A stretch of 64,000 nt of DNA from the human T2T-CHM13v2.0 reference genome, Homo sapiens: NCBI RefSeq assembly GCF_009914755.1, contig NC_060937.1. The stretch is one strand, 5' to 3'. Shown here piece by piece: positions 13,576-30,184 of the stretch; the first letter of the stretch is position 1, and each line of letters opens with the position of its first letter. The translations under genes and the position numbers were made by a program. Under the pieces are notes generated by a model. The model had not been told where the DNA came from and searched no databases. It saw nothing but the letters and a program-made list of their open reading frames with translations.

Positions 13576-14234
13576 GGACAACACAGGAGACTCTGTCTAA
13601 AAAAAAAAAAAAAATAAGAGCCAAGCTTGAAGAACGTTTCTTAGTCACTCTGCTATTCTCAACTATTTCTTTATCCAGCTCTCAGCTCTTTCTTTATTCA
13701 GTTCCCATATATTTTCTACACATCCGACAAAGATAATTTAAAGACGAACTGATACTTTTCCAGGTTTCCTCAGGTCTTGTATGCCATTCTGTAATAACTT
13801 TAGGAGTAAGGAAAGAATCTAAGAATTAACTACTTGGTTATTCTTGGCTAAGAATTAATTACTTGGTTTTTTAAAGAAGTTAGTTGTGGAATGAATACTG
13901 TTTAAAACATAAATGTAATATAATAATAAAAAAACCCAGAATCTCTCCCCACTTTGATCCAGAGAAAGCAAATTTCTGTGAATGCATGGTGAAGTTGAAA
14001 AGGAATGTTAATGTGCCAATTCAGTGAAATACCAACATCTCTGGGAGGTGGCCTCTGTGGGTTGTGACAGTACTAAGGAAGAGAGAAGACAGTGCAGATG
14101 CTGACTGGCTTTTCTTAAAGCCTAAAGAACTGGCATTATGTGAAAGAATTAGCAACAAATGGAAAAGACAGGGTGGAGGTGGAGGTATAAGCCCAGAAGA
14201 GTATTCTTGAATTTTTTTGGCTAGAAATATACCT

Positions 14235-17032
<2,798 letters not shown>

Positions 17033-17034
17033 TA

Positions 17035-17235
17035 CTCCGTGTTTTTGGCCTGAGCAATTAGAAAGTTGGAGTTGCCATTTAATGAGAGAAGAAAGACTGT
17101 GGGAGGAGCCAGGGTGTATAGGGAAGTTCAAGAGTTTATTTCTGGACATAAAAGTTTGATATGCTAATTACATGTCCAAGTAGAGATGTCGGGTTAACTG
17201 CTGGTTATGGGAGATTCAAGTTCAGAGGCAATGTC
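17035..17235 (-). mobile_element. L2 fragment
   Basis: GTTTTTGGCCTGAGCAATTAGAAAGTTGGAGTTGCCATTTAATGAG...TGGACATAAAAGTTTGA. Confidence 0.75.
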
Positions 17236-17617
17236 TGACTTCAGTGGCAATTGTCTGATACATAATTTTAGGACTCATTAGTATTTAAGGCCAATTAGGG
17301 AGACAATTCGTGAACTGGAAGATTGGTTTGAAGGAATGAAAAATGTGGCAAAGAGTGATAAAACGATAGGAAATAAGAAACAGACGAATAGGCCTGGAGG
17401 AAAGGAACAGGATGCTCCAACATATGTCAAGAGGAGAGAGCAGAAAGAGAAGATAGTAACAGTGGGAGAAGAAATGATACTTGGAAAAAATATGGCTAAT
17501 AGTTTTCCAGAATTGATGAGAGATATGAATGTGTACATTAGAAAATCCGGAGAATATCAAGCAGAGTGAATAAAAGTGAAAGTAAACTTTGATATACCAG
17601 AGTGAAATTGAAGATTA

Positions 17618-17969
<352 letters not shown>

Positions 17970-18410
17970 TCAGATTCATCTAATTGTCAACTAGATTGAT
18001 GGTTCACTTCTCAATAGCAAAAATAAAAACCAAAAGCACTAGAACTGCCAAAGTATTGAGAGAAAATAACTGTCATGCTGCATAGCTAACCTATCATTCA
18101 AGAACAAAGGAAAAATAAAGATATTTTCAGGCAGACTTAAAAAAATCTTCTGAAGAATATATTTCAGGAAGAAGGAAGTTAAGTGAGCTGCAAAAACCAA
18201 TAGTGAGGTGCGGGGAAAAGACAAGTGTATGGGAAATCTAACCAAATAATAAATATACAGAACAACAAAAATAAGAATAACAGATCCAGATTATGGGGAA
18301 AAGACAGAGGTAAATTGCTGGCAGTAATAATATATAAGATCAGAGACAGATAATCAAAGTTAAAAGTTTCTTGCAGTGATTGTGACTAGAATTGAGCTAC
18401 TGATTAGATT

Positions 18411-19181
18411 TTGTTTTCTTTTTTCTTCTTCAAATTTTATTTTAAGTTCAGGGGTATATGTGCAGGATGTGCAGGTTTGTTACATAGGTAAATGTGTGCC
18501 ATGGTGTTTTGCTGCATAGATCATCCCATCACCTAGGTATTAAGCCTAGCATCCATTAGCTATTCTTTCTGATGCTCTCTCTCTCCCAACCCCCACCAAA
18601 AGGTCCCAGTGTGTGTTTTTCCCCACTATGTGTCCATGTGTTCTCATCATTCGGCTCCCACTTATAAGTGAGAACACATGGTGTTTGGTTTTCTGTTCAG
18701 GTAATAGTTTGCTGAGGATAATGGCTTCTAACTCCATCCATGTCCCTGCAAAGGACATTATCTTGTTCTGTTTTACGGCTGCCTAGTATTCCATGTCGTA
18801 TATGTACCACATTTTCTTTATTCAGTCTATCACTGATGCACATTTAGGTTGATAGCTATTGTGAATAGTGCTGCAACGAACATATGCATGCATGTATCTT
18901 TATAATAGAATGATTTATATTTCTTTGGGTATATGCCCAGTAATGAGATTGCTGGGTCAAATAGTATTTCTGCTTCTAGATCTTTGAGAAACTGCCACAC
19001 TGTCTTCCACAATGGTTGAACTAATTTACACTCCCACCAACAGTGTAAAAGCATTCCTTTTTCTCCTCAAGCTTGCCAGCATCTGTTATTTTTTGACTTT
19101 TTAATAATAGCCATTCTGACTGGTATGAGATGACATCTCATTGTGGTTTTCATTTGCATTTCTCTGATGATCAGAGATATT
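18411..19181 (-). mobile_element. L1PA (approx. L1PA10-13) 3' end
   Basis: TTTTATTTTAAGTTCAGGGGTATATGTGCAGGATGTGCAGG. ORFs read [22 protein letters not shown] and MSFAGTWMELEAIILSKL (ORF2 C-terminus). Confidence 0.95.
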
Positions 19182-19436
19182 TGTTAGTGAGGTGTGTGGG
19201 TTGTCAAATGTAACACTAAAAAATAAAACTTCCAGATCATTGGAGGTTAAAAAAAGAAATAAAACTTGGCCAATGTAATATAGAGAAGAGAAAATGAAAG
19301 GGGCAGATAAAAGCATAATAAACAGAAATAACAAAATATAGAAATTAAAATTTCAATACTTATGATCTCTGTAAACAAACTCACTATTTTTAAAAGACAG
19401 AATCAGATTGGCTAAACAAAATCTGTAAATATGTTG

Positions 19437-19787
19437 CACTTAGGTGTGTGATGGTCATTTCAAACTTAGGAAACAAAACTTATTTCCCAGTTCTTCATCT
19501 GTCCATGTCAAGAGGCCTACTGCAGTCATGTTCCTGGCCTCTGGCCCTAGTGCTTATGGCTTCTTCCCATAACCAATGGTCCCGGATTTCCTAGAGTGAG
19601 TCAAACGAATCTAATAAAATGTTGCAAAGCCTGGAAATCCACTTCTTTTCTTCCCTCTCTGCCTTGGATCTGTACAAGGCAGCAATACTGGGGAAGTGTG
19701 TCTTCCCTTAGATTTAGACTTTTCCTTGGGTGTGCTCTTCTAAGGTCTGGACTAGAAGGTAGAGGCAGAGAGACAGACAGACAGACA

Positions 19788-19875
<88 letters not shown>

Positions 19876-20905
19876 ACCAGCCCAACTGGCTTTCACAACG
19901 AAGCCATATTCTCCAAACATCTTTAGTAAGAAAGGTGATGGTAGATCTCTTTGCTTGGCCCTAGAAACCTTTGGTTTCAAACCAGAAATTGGAATTGAGG
20001 TGTTGGTTTTTAAGCCTCCTCCCAACCCAACAAGATTTCCAAACCGTACTCCGGGTCTTCTTCTTAAACTTGCTCCTCCTGCAGTCTTGCATCTCATAAA
20101 ATGGCTATTCAATTCTTCTAATCACCCTGGAGTCATCCTTGATGTGCCCTTTCCATCACATCTTACATCCAACCCAACAGCAAATCATCTTGGTTCTGCC
20201 TTCAAGATACATTTAGAATCTGACCGTGGCTCCCTACTTTCAGTGCTGCCCCCCCACCCCGCTCAGCCATCCATGGAAGTTTCTCACCTGGAATATTGTA
20301 ATAATGTGTTCTTCAATGCAAATCAGATCTGGTCACTCGTCCACTCCATTTCACTCAGAGCAAAGTCCAGCATCCTTATCGTCACCTCAAGACCTTTTGG
20401 GAGCTGTCCCTCCATCTCGCTGGCCCACCCCAGACCTCCTCTCCTGTGCTCTCCCTGTGACCCTTCACTCTACTTACAGAAGTGGGATTGGCCACCTGCT
20501 ATCTCCAAGTGTACCCAAGCCTACTTTTGACTGTGGGCTTGTTCCCCAGCTCTTCCTTAAGCCTGGGGTCTGTTTTCCTAGGTATTTCCCTGGCTTGCTC
20601 CCTGGTTTCCCTGGCTTCTCAAATACCACTGTATCTGCAAGTTCTTCACTGACTACCCTCCACAAAACAGTACGCCCTCCCACTCCCCCATACCCTCTTA
20701 CTCTAATTTGTTTTTCTTCATACCTCTTGTATTACCTTGTTAGTTGTTGTCTTTCTTCCTCTCCTGCCCTCTGACTGCCCCTTGTAGACTGTAAACTCCT
20801 TGATTGCAGGGACTTTGTTTAGTTCACTTCTGTTCTCCCTTTGCCTAGAACTGTACCTGGCACAGAATAATCAGTGAATAATAGTTTTGTTTTGAGTTAA
20901 CTGTG
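19437..20905 (+). mobile_element. L2a 3' portion (split by insert 19469-20030)
   Basis: CACTTAGGTGTGTGATGGTCATTTCAAACTTA, then CCAAACCGTACTCC..AAACTTGCTCCTCCTGCAGTC..GGAGTCATCCTTGA..; end AGACTGTAAACTCCTTGA..CCTAGAACTGTACCTGGCACAGAATAA. Confidence 0.75.
19768..19870. repeat. Compound microsatellite (GACA)n(CA)n(GA)n
   Basis: Direct reading. Confidence 0.97.
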
Positions 20906-22234
20906 AATGCTATTTGTGAGAATTAATCCTAAAATATGGAATAGGAAAAGGTTGAGTTGAAACTGAAAACATTATTCCAGGAAAATATTAACCGGAGTGG
21001 CTGGCAGTGTTAATGCCAGGCCACACAGACTTTAATGAGAAAACAAAATTTAGGAGAGAGACAATCACTATACGAAGAGAAAAAAAGAAAAATCTCTAGT
21101 AAGATACTAGAATTCTAAACCTGTTTCCACCCATGTTACCACTTGGCTCTGTATGATGCAAACATTTTAAATGACATTTGGAAGTGGACAGATCTACAGT
21201 CATGATGAGGGATTTGGCATGCCGTGCTCAGTAATTCATAGTATAAACAAAAATACTAGGCAGGATATGGGAGATTAAAATTTGAAAGCTTAATATAATG
21301 GATACACATCCTTGCTCCCAACATGTAAAGAATTCTTGAACTTTCATGACACATGAAACAATTTCCTAAATAGTGACACTAGAGCAAATTTTAATAAATG
21401 CCAAAAACTGATATCAAACATGCCATGTTCCCTCGGTGCAATCATACCACAGTGCAATCAAATTAGAAAGCCATATAAAATATTAATCCTTATCCATAAT
21501 TTAAAATTTTAAAACACAATTTTAAGGATCCCATGGGTCAAAGAAGAGTCCATTATGAAAATCCAAAAATATCTGGAAGTGAATGATAGCACCAGTGTTA
21601 CGGAACACAACTCATGGGATGCAGTTAAAACTGGAAAGATGGCTGTATCCTAAATACCTCCATTAGAAAGGAAGAGGACCACAGAAACAGAACTAAGTGT
21701 CCAAATGAAGACTCTTGAAAAAACTCAAACTTCATTTTTTTCTTCTCATTTTAAAAGAAATGAAAACTTGTTCTGGCCCCTAAAAGTATTGCTGGCTGTC
21801 ATCCCTGGTTCTATGATGCATGTGTAGGCTGAGATTCAGCTAAATGGAGCATCTATGGCAAGAGGCTTCAAGGAAAGCATGAAGAAAATCCAGTAAGTTC
21901 TCATGTCCCACTCATGCATTTCTTATCCAGCCTTCCAGCTGGAGTGCAGTACGCAGTCGCTGAGTTGATCCTGACGGCATGTCCTCTCAAGGACCAAGAT
22001 TGTTGGTGACTTTTTCTGTGTGTGATGAATCGTGAAGTGACTTGGCAGAAGTGAGAAGATGCAAATAGGCAATTAGCTTCTGAAAGTTAAAAATTGATGC
22101 AGTAGAAGAAAAATAATATTTTTGCTTATCCTCTATTTTCCATATCAAAATAAGATAAACATAAGTGACAGAAACTTTGCTTTTAAAGACAAGTAAGGAG
22201 GCAAGGTAGATGTCTGCTCTGAATTCATCATTCA

Positions 22235-22510
22235 CATGGCTAACTTTCTCCCGTCCTTTGGGTCTTTACTGAAATGTCATTTTATCCCAGAAGACATCTC
22301 TGACCACCATGTGTAAAATGACAACATCCCCTAACATGAAACACCCCAAAGCCCCTTGCTCTCCTTTATTGATCTCTGTGCCCCATCAGGAATGGGAACT
22401 GACTTGGCAATTACTTGGTGTCGGTGTCTTGTTCATCGTTGTTCCTACAACCTATGGTCGTGGTTGACATAAATATTTACATCTCAATTGGTGTTTGATG
22501 AATAAAACAT
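22235..22510 (+). mobile_element. L2 3' fragment
   Basis: TCTTTACTGAAATGTCA..TCTGACCACC..GTCTTGTTCATCG..GATGAATAAA. Confidence 0.55.
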
Positions 22511-24609
22511 AAATGTATTTGCTAGAGTATTTATTAAAATGGGGCTCTTGGACTTGAACCCTTGGCAGTTCCAAATGCTGACCACATTAGAAGCTTCAAC
22601 TATCATCTGGTTTAGTGGTCAGAGTTGATTTGGCTAATTTGAATGATTCAGCAAGAGTCTTTTGAACCTATTCATTATGCTAATTACATCCTTCCCAATC
22701 TGCATGGTCCAGGGGAGATTTTTTTACCTGTAGATTGTTCTTCAGACTAGAATAGACAAGAAGATTTCCCCTCTTTTTAGAATCTCTGCAAATGTTTTGA
22801 AGAGATATTTGAGGAGAAAAAAAATTCTCCATTCTTCCTTTACTTGTATGTGAATCTGGACTTGGACATTTAGAGCAATTCCTGCTGATCAACCTGAAAA
22901 GAGAAAATTTAAGAAAAGAGATACAGGAAGATACTGGAAGTAAAGTCCCTATAGGACTTTGTAACTTAAAGTATCCCAGGACACTTCTGTTCTCTGGTAG
23001 TGATAGAAAGTAATATTTATTAAAGCAATTTGACAAATAAAATGGCATTGCCCTGAGTGAAAAATGGGGTTGTAATAACCCCGAATGACTGTTGTTAGTA
23101 TATGGGTAATGATGAGACTCTTTATCCTCTGTCTTTGTTGATAGGTCATTCTTGCCATCAGTAACTGGAACAAGAGTTAAAATGCATGTGGCATTTCCAA
23201 AATGCCATTTCTTGTAGAAAGGTTAGCACCGTAATAAAGTTTTAGGGAACATATGAGGCCTGCTTTCTTGTTTATTGTAGGACGTGTAGTTAAAAGGCTT
23301 GTTGTCAGCCATGCCAAAGATGATATGATTGCAAGCTAGTTACAACTTGGTTTCTAAACATTCAGTGACCTGATATTATGGACAATTAGGGTGTTGGAAG
23401 GAGCAATTATTCTTTTCACACATGTATTTTAATTCTAGGGAGCCTCTTATATGAGATGTATGCAGAGATACTTCATGGTGAGTGAAATAATTTCCTTTAA
23501 ATTTCAAATAGATGTCAAAACACCATGTGATAAAATCCAGCATGCAAGTTATATGATCAAAGTAAAGTCATTTTCATAAGACCAGTTTTGCATAGGATAA
23601 GAGTAAAGTTCTTTAAAATGTTTTCTTTGACTCAGAAGAATTCATTATAGAAATTATGTTGACCTAAAACTGGAAGATGAAGAAATTAGATTTGAAGTAT
23701 CACAAAGTGATTTATGGGACCAGCCACCTGTCACATCTGAATCAAAGTTCAGGGTAGTTGCTGTTATACTTAATAGCACTCCACTAACAATTATAAGGAA
23801 TGAAGACAAAGTAAAATGTATAGAATTTATGGAGCACCGTGCAAAGCATTAATGATTAATGATTATGAAATATCAACTATATAAGCCTAAAAATTTTAGC
23901 ACCTTTAATTTTACAAAGTATTCCACATCTATTAGCTTATTAAGCACTCAAAACGACCCTCAGTTTCAACACTTATCTTGGGCCAGTTTTACCAGTTCTC
24001 AGGGATATTCAGGAAGTTGCTCAGGAATATCTATTCCGAGACACATCCTTCTTAAGTGGCAGAGCCTGGAATCTTCTGCATTTTTTCCTACCATTCCCCA
24101 TGCTGAATATTTAAGTCCAGCAACCTCCTTGTCTTGCACCATAATTTTGGCTGTTTAATACTGGGTGCTGCAGATGTGTAAATGAAGATGGCAGAAAATG
24201 TTCATATGACTGAAAGAGATGATAACATAGATGTTTTAAAATAATTTAGAAAGCCAGTATGAGGGAATAAGTTCTGCCCCAAATGCCAACAAGCAGCAAT
24301 TTGAATATAAGCGATACGGTATTTATCTTGACTACTTTCTAGACTGAAATTGGCATATTTAACCTACAATTTAAAAATTGGTTATCCATATATGTAGTTT
24401 AAAAAGTGGAGAGCATAAAAGAGCTTATAATGAAAGGCAGTGTCTTTTAAAGGCACCGACTGATCCCAGTCTTCTCCCCATCGTGAGCTCCCACCTTTAT
24501 GAGTTCTGCATTGACTTTAATATTGCCAGGCTGCTAACGTTGACGATCTGAGTTTTAACATGGATTAAGCCTCCTGTGCTTTGGCTATCAAATGATTAAA
24601 AAACAATAA

Positions 24610-25240
24610 ACTGCAATAGCCTCCTGATAGGTCTCTCTGCTTCCGTCTTTGCCCCTTCTAACTTGTTCTCACTGCAGCAGCCTGAATGATGTTGTTTGAG
24701 ATCACATCGCTCATCTGGCCCCATTCCCTGCAATGTCCACCATTCACTCAAAGTGGAAGCTGAAGTCCTTCTAAGGACCTATAAAGCCCCACACAACCCA
24801 CCTACCTCCTCCCACTCAACTTCCATCCCAGCTTCCCACTCTCTGTCTCACTCTTTTGCTCTGGGACAGCCACCTTTACCTTTATGGTTGGCAAATAGCC
24901 TTCTCGTCAAAAGGCTGTTCATGGCCTTCAGATGGCTACCTCCTCGCCACATTCAAATCTCCCTTGGATAACATCTTTTCACCTAATTTCATTGGCCCCT
25001 ATGCAACTTGCTTCACAACTCACACCCTATCCCTCTTTGCCTGTTCTAGCATTTCCCCAGCGCACTTAACCCTACAAAACTTACCTAATGATTATCTATA
25101 ATATATTATGGATTTCCTCTAGAATGTAGCTTACAATGGGGAGGCTTGTTTGTTTACTGTCTTGTTCACTGATGTAGTCCATGTGCCTACACAAGCCTGG
25201 CACATAGTAGGGAGTCAATAAACACGTGTTGAATGAACAT
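24610..25240 (+). mobile_element. L2a 3' end
   Basis: CTGCAATAGCCTCCTGATAGGTCTCTCTGCTTCC...GCCTGGCACATAGTAGGGAGTCAATAAACACGTGTTGAATGAA. Confidence 0.85.
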
Positions 25241-27914
25241 GCAGAATTCCTGTTAAAATGATTATACAAACATTGCTTACTGAAAATTGAGAATGGAGTA
25301 GCTTCTTTTGATTATACTTCCTTCTCTGTGGTTCCAGTGTCACGAGCCCCATGCAACTTAAGGAAAAACGTTCAAATTGATTCAGCATTCTTGTTCTCCA
25401 CTAAAGCAAACAAAACAGAAGTAGGCATGGTCCAGATAGAAAGCGATTAATATAAGAATTAAAAAGTGGCATGATTTTGAAGTAATTGTTCTTTTTTCAC
25501 GAGACGTCCTTCTCTCTTCCTATCCTTCTCCTTCCTCTTTTGCTCCTTTTACTTCTCTTGCATCTCTGGATGTAATACATCATTATATCAACGCTCATAT
25601 TAATATTAATTCTCATATTAATTAGCCATTTTTGCAAGTCCCCCTCCTTTCCCTCTGGGATTAGCTTTTCTGCATAATTCGTCATGGTCATTGTCATGCT
25701 GCAGGCTTTCTTCAGATTTCTGGTGGTTCTTGCTTTCCCAGTCATATTCAGACTGAGGCTTCCCTGGTGGCATTTGTAAAGCAGCAGGATTTTTTTTTTA
25801 GAGGACCTGGTGATTAAACTGAGGATTACCCTAATGCTGGAATGTGGGGGGCTTTGCTCCAGGATGTCAAAACCCTACATTAAGGGTTATAATTATCACT
25901 TGGTAGTTTGTCTATTTCTTTAGAGAAAAAAAGTTGCAGCTTTCTTCATGATTAAACATCTGTCTTGCAGGACAATCTGTACATGGAGTTGCGGGCTTCA
26001 GGCATTTCAGATGTAGACTATTAATTAACATCCCTCCCACCCTGCCCTCTGCCACCTCTGCCATCCTGATGACAGAGCTGTACTGAGATCCCACCAGAGT
26101 CTGGCTTCCTCCTTAGCTGCAGCCTTCTCTGCACCTATTTCTGTCTTCTAGAAATTTGTTTTATCTCTTGTTTTAGGCAGCCTCCCTCTCCCATATTTAA
26201 TTAATTTGTGAGTATATAGTTAATAACCACATTGCTTTATTAACACCTTAAGGAAGTCTTGGGAAGAAGTGGTCATACATGTTTGCACTCAGTCTGCCAT
26301 CTTGAACAGGATCATATGGGCTGGTTGTAAATTCTGTAGTTTATCCGGCTGTAATTAAGTATGGATTATGGCTATTTGATAAAAACAGTATAAAGGTGGT
26401 GCCATAGAAGCTTGCTTCTCTTCACTCTATTCTCATTGCATTGCAATTAATTTACACTGCGTATGATACACGTGCACTTAGGCTTCCTGTGCAACAGTAA
26501 AGTCTATGTGTCTGCTCTCCCTTCTTACCCCCACTGTCTTGTTAATCTCTGAAGGATGGAGATTACACCTCATTCATTTTGAAGTCCTTATGCTTACCCC
26601 AGACACAAAGATTTCTAGGGAATACTTGTTGAATGAACCAGAGCAAAATCTAAGTAAGAGTCCAATACCTCTTTATTTTAATCTTTACTATTACAGATTA
26701 CTGCTTGTGCTGTCATTGTTTCTATCCCAAACTTGGAACCATTCAAACAAAAATGCACTCTTAGTACTTAGAGTCAAATTCTTCCTTTGACTTCTGTATC
26801 TTCAGGGATGTAGGCCAACTTGGTGCAATCCCAGAACAAATTCCTATGGGTGAGAACTTGTCAGAAGTTTCCCTCTCTCTCTCTCTCTCAGATCTAGACT
26901 GTTCTAGCAAATAAAAGGAATGTTTTTAGTTTGCCTTTCTAAACTCTGGATTTGCTTGAAGGTCTGTGTGTAATTTCTTGTGTGTAATAAAGGCCACAGT
27001 ACAGAATGATGATGATAATAGGTACTATTCACAATATTTATAATAGAAATATGGAAACTAAAATTATCTCAGGAGGCAAATTAGAAATTGCAATAATAAG
27101 TACTATTGTAATAACAAGTCAGTGAGGGATTTATATAGGCTGATTATTAAAAAACATGTTACCAATGAATCTTTTAGAAGTATTTTAAAAGGCACTTGGA
27201 CAAATCACTGCTAAGTAAAAATTTCAAGAGACTGGCCTACCCCAAGTAATTTGTTCACAGAAAGCACGATGCAGGATTCCATGAGCTATAGTAGACCTTT
27301 CATTAAGGAAGCAGTGACATAAATCATGAGTGTGGAAAACAGGGCTTCCAAGAAGTTTAATGAAGGAGATGTTGATTTGACATGAAGCATCTCAGTAGGC
27401 AGGCACTGTAACACCTCCATGTATGGAAAGAAGGGCCCCGCATGTGCCTAAGGATACATGTTGGAGCCTGCACTACAGACATGGGCATCTTGTGTAGCTC
27501 AGCTTGTCACTGACCTTTGCAGCAGAGCAGACCTCACTGCATGCTCATCACCTGTGCCACTAATGGAGTGGTGCACCCCACTCCAACACGAGGCTTTTGG
27601 TGGTGCCAGATGGCACAGGAAACTCTTGAAAAGACACAAACTCAAGTCACATCAATACATTTTTTGCTTGGGTTGGTTTTACAAATCCACATTGCTCTCA
27701 TGGATCGGGTAAAAAAAGATGGAAACTGAGCTCACGCTTAATGTTGATATTTCTCACTTGGATGGTACCTCCAGTCAGCTCCCCTAGACTTACTCATTTG
27801 CCCCATCCTCAACGTTTTAAGCATTCATTATATGCTTCCCAGTTATAAGTGTGTCAGCCTCATCTAGCCACATTTACTAGCTTTGCCCTTCCATCAAGTT
27901 GGACAGTAATCTCT

Positions 27915-28276
27915 TGCTATAATTTGAATATATCCCCCAAAAAGCATGTGTTGGAAACTTTATTCCTAATGCAACAATGTTGGGAGGTGTGTCCTAATGA
28001 GAAGTGATTAACCCTGAAGGCTGTGACCTCCTGAGTGAATTAATGCTGTTATCATAGGAGTGGGTTCCTTATACAAGGATGAGTTTGGCCCCCTTTTCAT
28101 TCTCTCATTCTGTTGCCTTCTGCCATGAATGATGCAGCAGGAAGACCCTCACCAGATGCTCACCCCTTGATCTTGGACTTCCCAGCCTCCAGAAACATGA
28201 GCCAATAAATTTTTGTTTATTATAAATTACCCAGTCTCAGGTATTCCATTATAGCAGCACAAAATGGACTAAGACA
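27915..28276 (+). mobile_element. MaLR LTR MST (MSTC-like) solo LTR
   Basis: TGCTATAATTTGAAT..CCCCCAAAAAGCATGTGTTGGAAACTT...AAAATGGACTAAGACA; TSD TCTCT/CCTCT. Confidence 0.9.
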
Positions 28277-28568
28277 CCTCTCATTGTCTCAGCTGTCCTG
28301 TAGAGCTCATCTAAGTACAGCTGAGTGCAGCTCACCAGAATTGTTCCTCAAGCACTCTCCACTCATTTTGTGCATCCTATATAGAGCTTACCTCTTAAGC
28401 ACTATGTAGTATATTGTATGTATTTTTACTCATCTTGTGCCCATGGCCTTCTGTTGCTTAATGTACCTATTTTACTCCATAACACTGAATAATATGCCAT
28501 ATGCAAAATATGGTATTTATGTCTGCACAGTTGAAATTTTATACTTTAGTAAATCTATTAAAAGCTTG

Positions 28569-28882
<314 letters not shown>

Positions 28883-29286
28883 TAAAAGCTTGAATTTTAT
28901 GCCCTTTGGTAACACATCTTAAATTTTTTTTCCTGACAGTTTCACATTGCAAAAGATATCACATATTTCATTTGACACTTGCATCCCTCCTATGTAGGGA
29001 AAATGAACATGAAAGAAAATTCAATGAGCAGAATCTATAATGACATGCAATTTTCCACAACCCTGACTATTTGTAGGTGAATCTTCTGAAATTCTTCCCA
29101 GTCTCTATCTGCATTTTCTTTATTGACAAAATCTTCCAAACTTTTCTTAGAAATCATTACTTTTGCACTAATATCTTATTTTTCAAACAGTGACTTTCCT
29201 TAGTTGTGATATCATAATTTCCATATTGCAGGGTACCTCAAATTCAAGTTATTTTTCTGATAGAGATTGTGTATGTTACTGTAGAC

Positions 29287-29551
29287 CAGTGGTCCTCAAC
29301 CTTTTTGGCACCAGAGACTGATTTCCTGGAAGACAATTTTTCCACAGACAGGGGTGGTGGGGAGATGGATTAGATTCTCATAAGGAGGGCACAGAATAGA
29401 TCCTTCACATGCGCAGTTCATGATAGGGCTGGCACTCCTATGAGAATCAAATGCTGCCACTGATCTCACAGGAGGTGGAGCTTGGATGGTAACATTTGTT
29501 CACCCACCACTCACCTGCTGTACGGACCAGTTCCTAACTGGCCATAGGCTG
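29287..29551. mobile_element. MER1B hAT-Charlie element (partial)
   Basis: CAGTGGTCCTCAACCTTTTTGGCACCAG..GAAGACAATTTTTCCACAGAC..TTAGATTCTCATAAGGAG..GCGCAGTTCA. Confidence 0.88.
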
Positions 29552-29742
29552 TTCGATTTTCAATAATATTGTAGAGGCTTTCCTGATGTTTTTGTAGCAT
29601 GAACTAGATGATTATAATAATAGCTACCTATTTTGGGGTAACTACTGTGTGCAAGATTCTTTCCACATGTAGACCCCACCTCTCTAAATGCTTCTGTTTA
29701 CTATGTGGAGAGTCAAATGTGAGCTCTGTCTCATATGGTGGG

Positions 29743-30184
29743 TAGATTAGTCAGGGTTCTCTAGAGGGACAGAACTAATAAGATAGATATAGATATACAA
29801 AGGGGAGTTTATTAAGTATTAACTTACACAATCACAGGTTCCCACAATAGGCCACCTGCAGGCTGAGGAGCAAGGAGACCCAGTCCGAGTTCCAAAACTG
29901 AAGAACTTAAAAGTCCGATGTTCCAGAACAGGAAGCATCTAGCATGGGACAAAGATGTAGGCTGGGAGGCTAGGCCAGTCTTGCCTTTTCATGTTTTTCT
30001 GCCTGCTTTATATTCGCTGACAGCTGATTAGATGGTGCCCACCCAGATTAAGGGTGGGTCTGCTTTCCCCAGCCCACTGATTCAAATGTTAAGCTCCTTT
30101 GGCAACACCCTCATAGACAGACCCAGGATTAATACTTTGCATCCTTCAGTCCAATCAAGTTGACACTCAGTATTAACCATCACA
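29743..30184 (-). mobile_element. ERVL LTR MLT2A1-like solo LTR
   Basis: ATTAGTCAGGGTTCTCTAGAGGGACAGAACTAATA...CAATCAAGTTGACACTCAGTATTAACCATCACA; TSD GTGGG/TTGGG. Confidence 0.92.

Noticed and set aside
13819-13868. 21-bp direct repeat CTAAGAATTAA(C/T)TACTTGGTT with 8-bp spacer (similar micro-duplications at ~11898 and ~53358)
   Set aside because: Ordinary slippage-type micro-duplications with no further structure.
19955-20774. Longest ORFs (191 aa and 182 aa)
   Set aside because: They lie in the pyrimidine-rich sense strand of a decayed L2, which is stop-poor by composition; no domain recognised.
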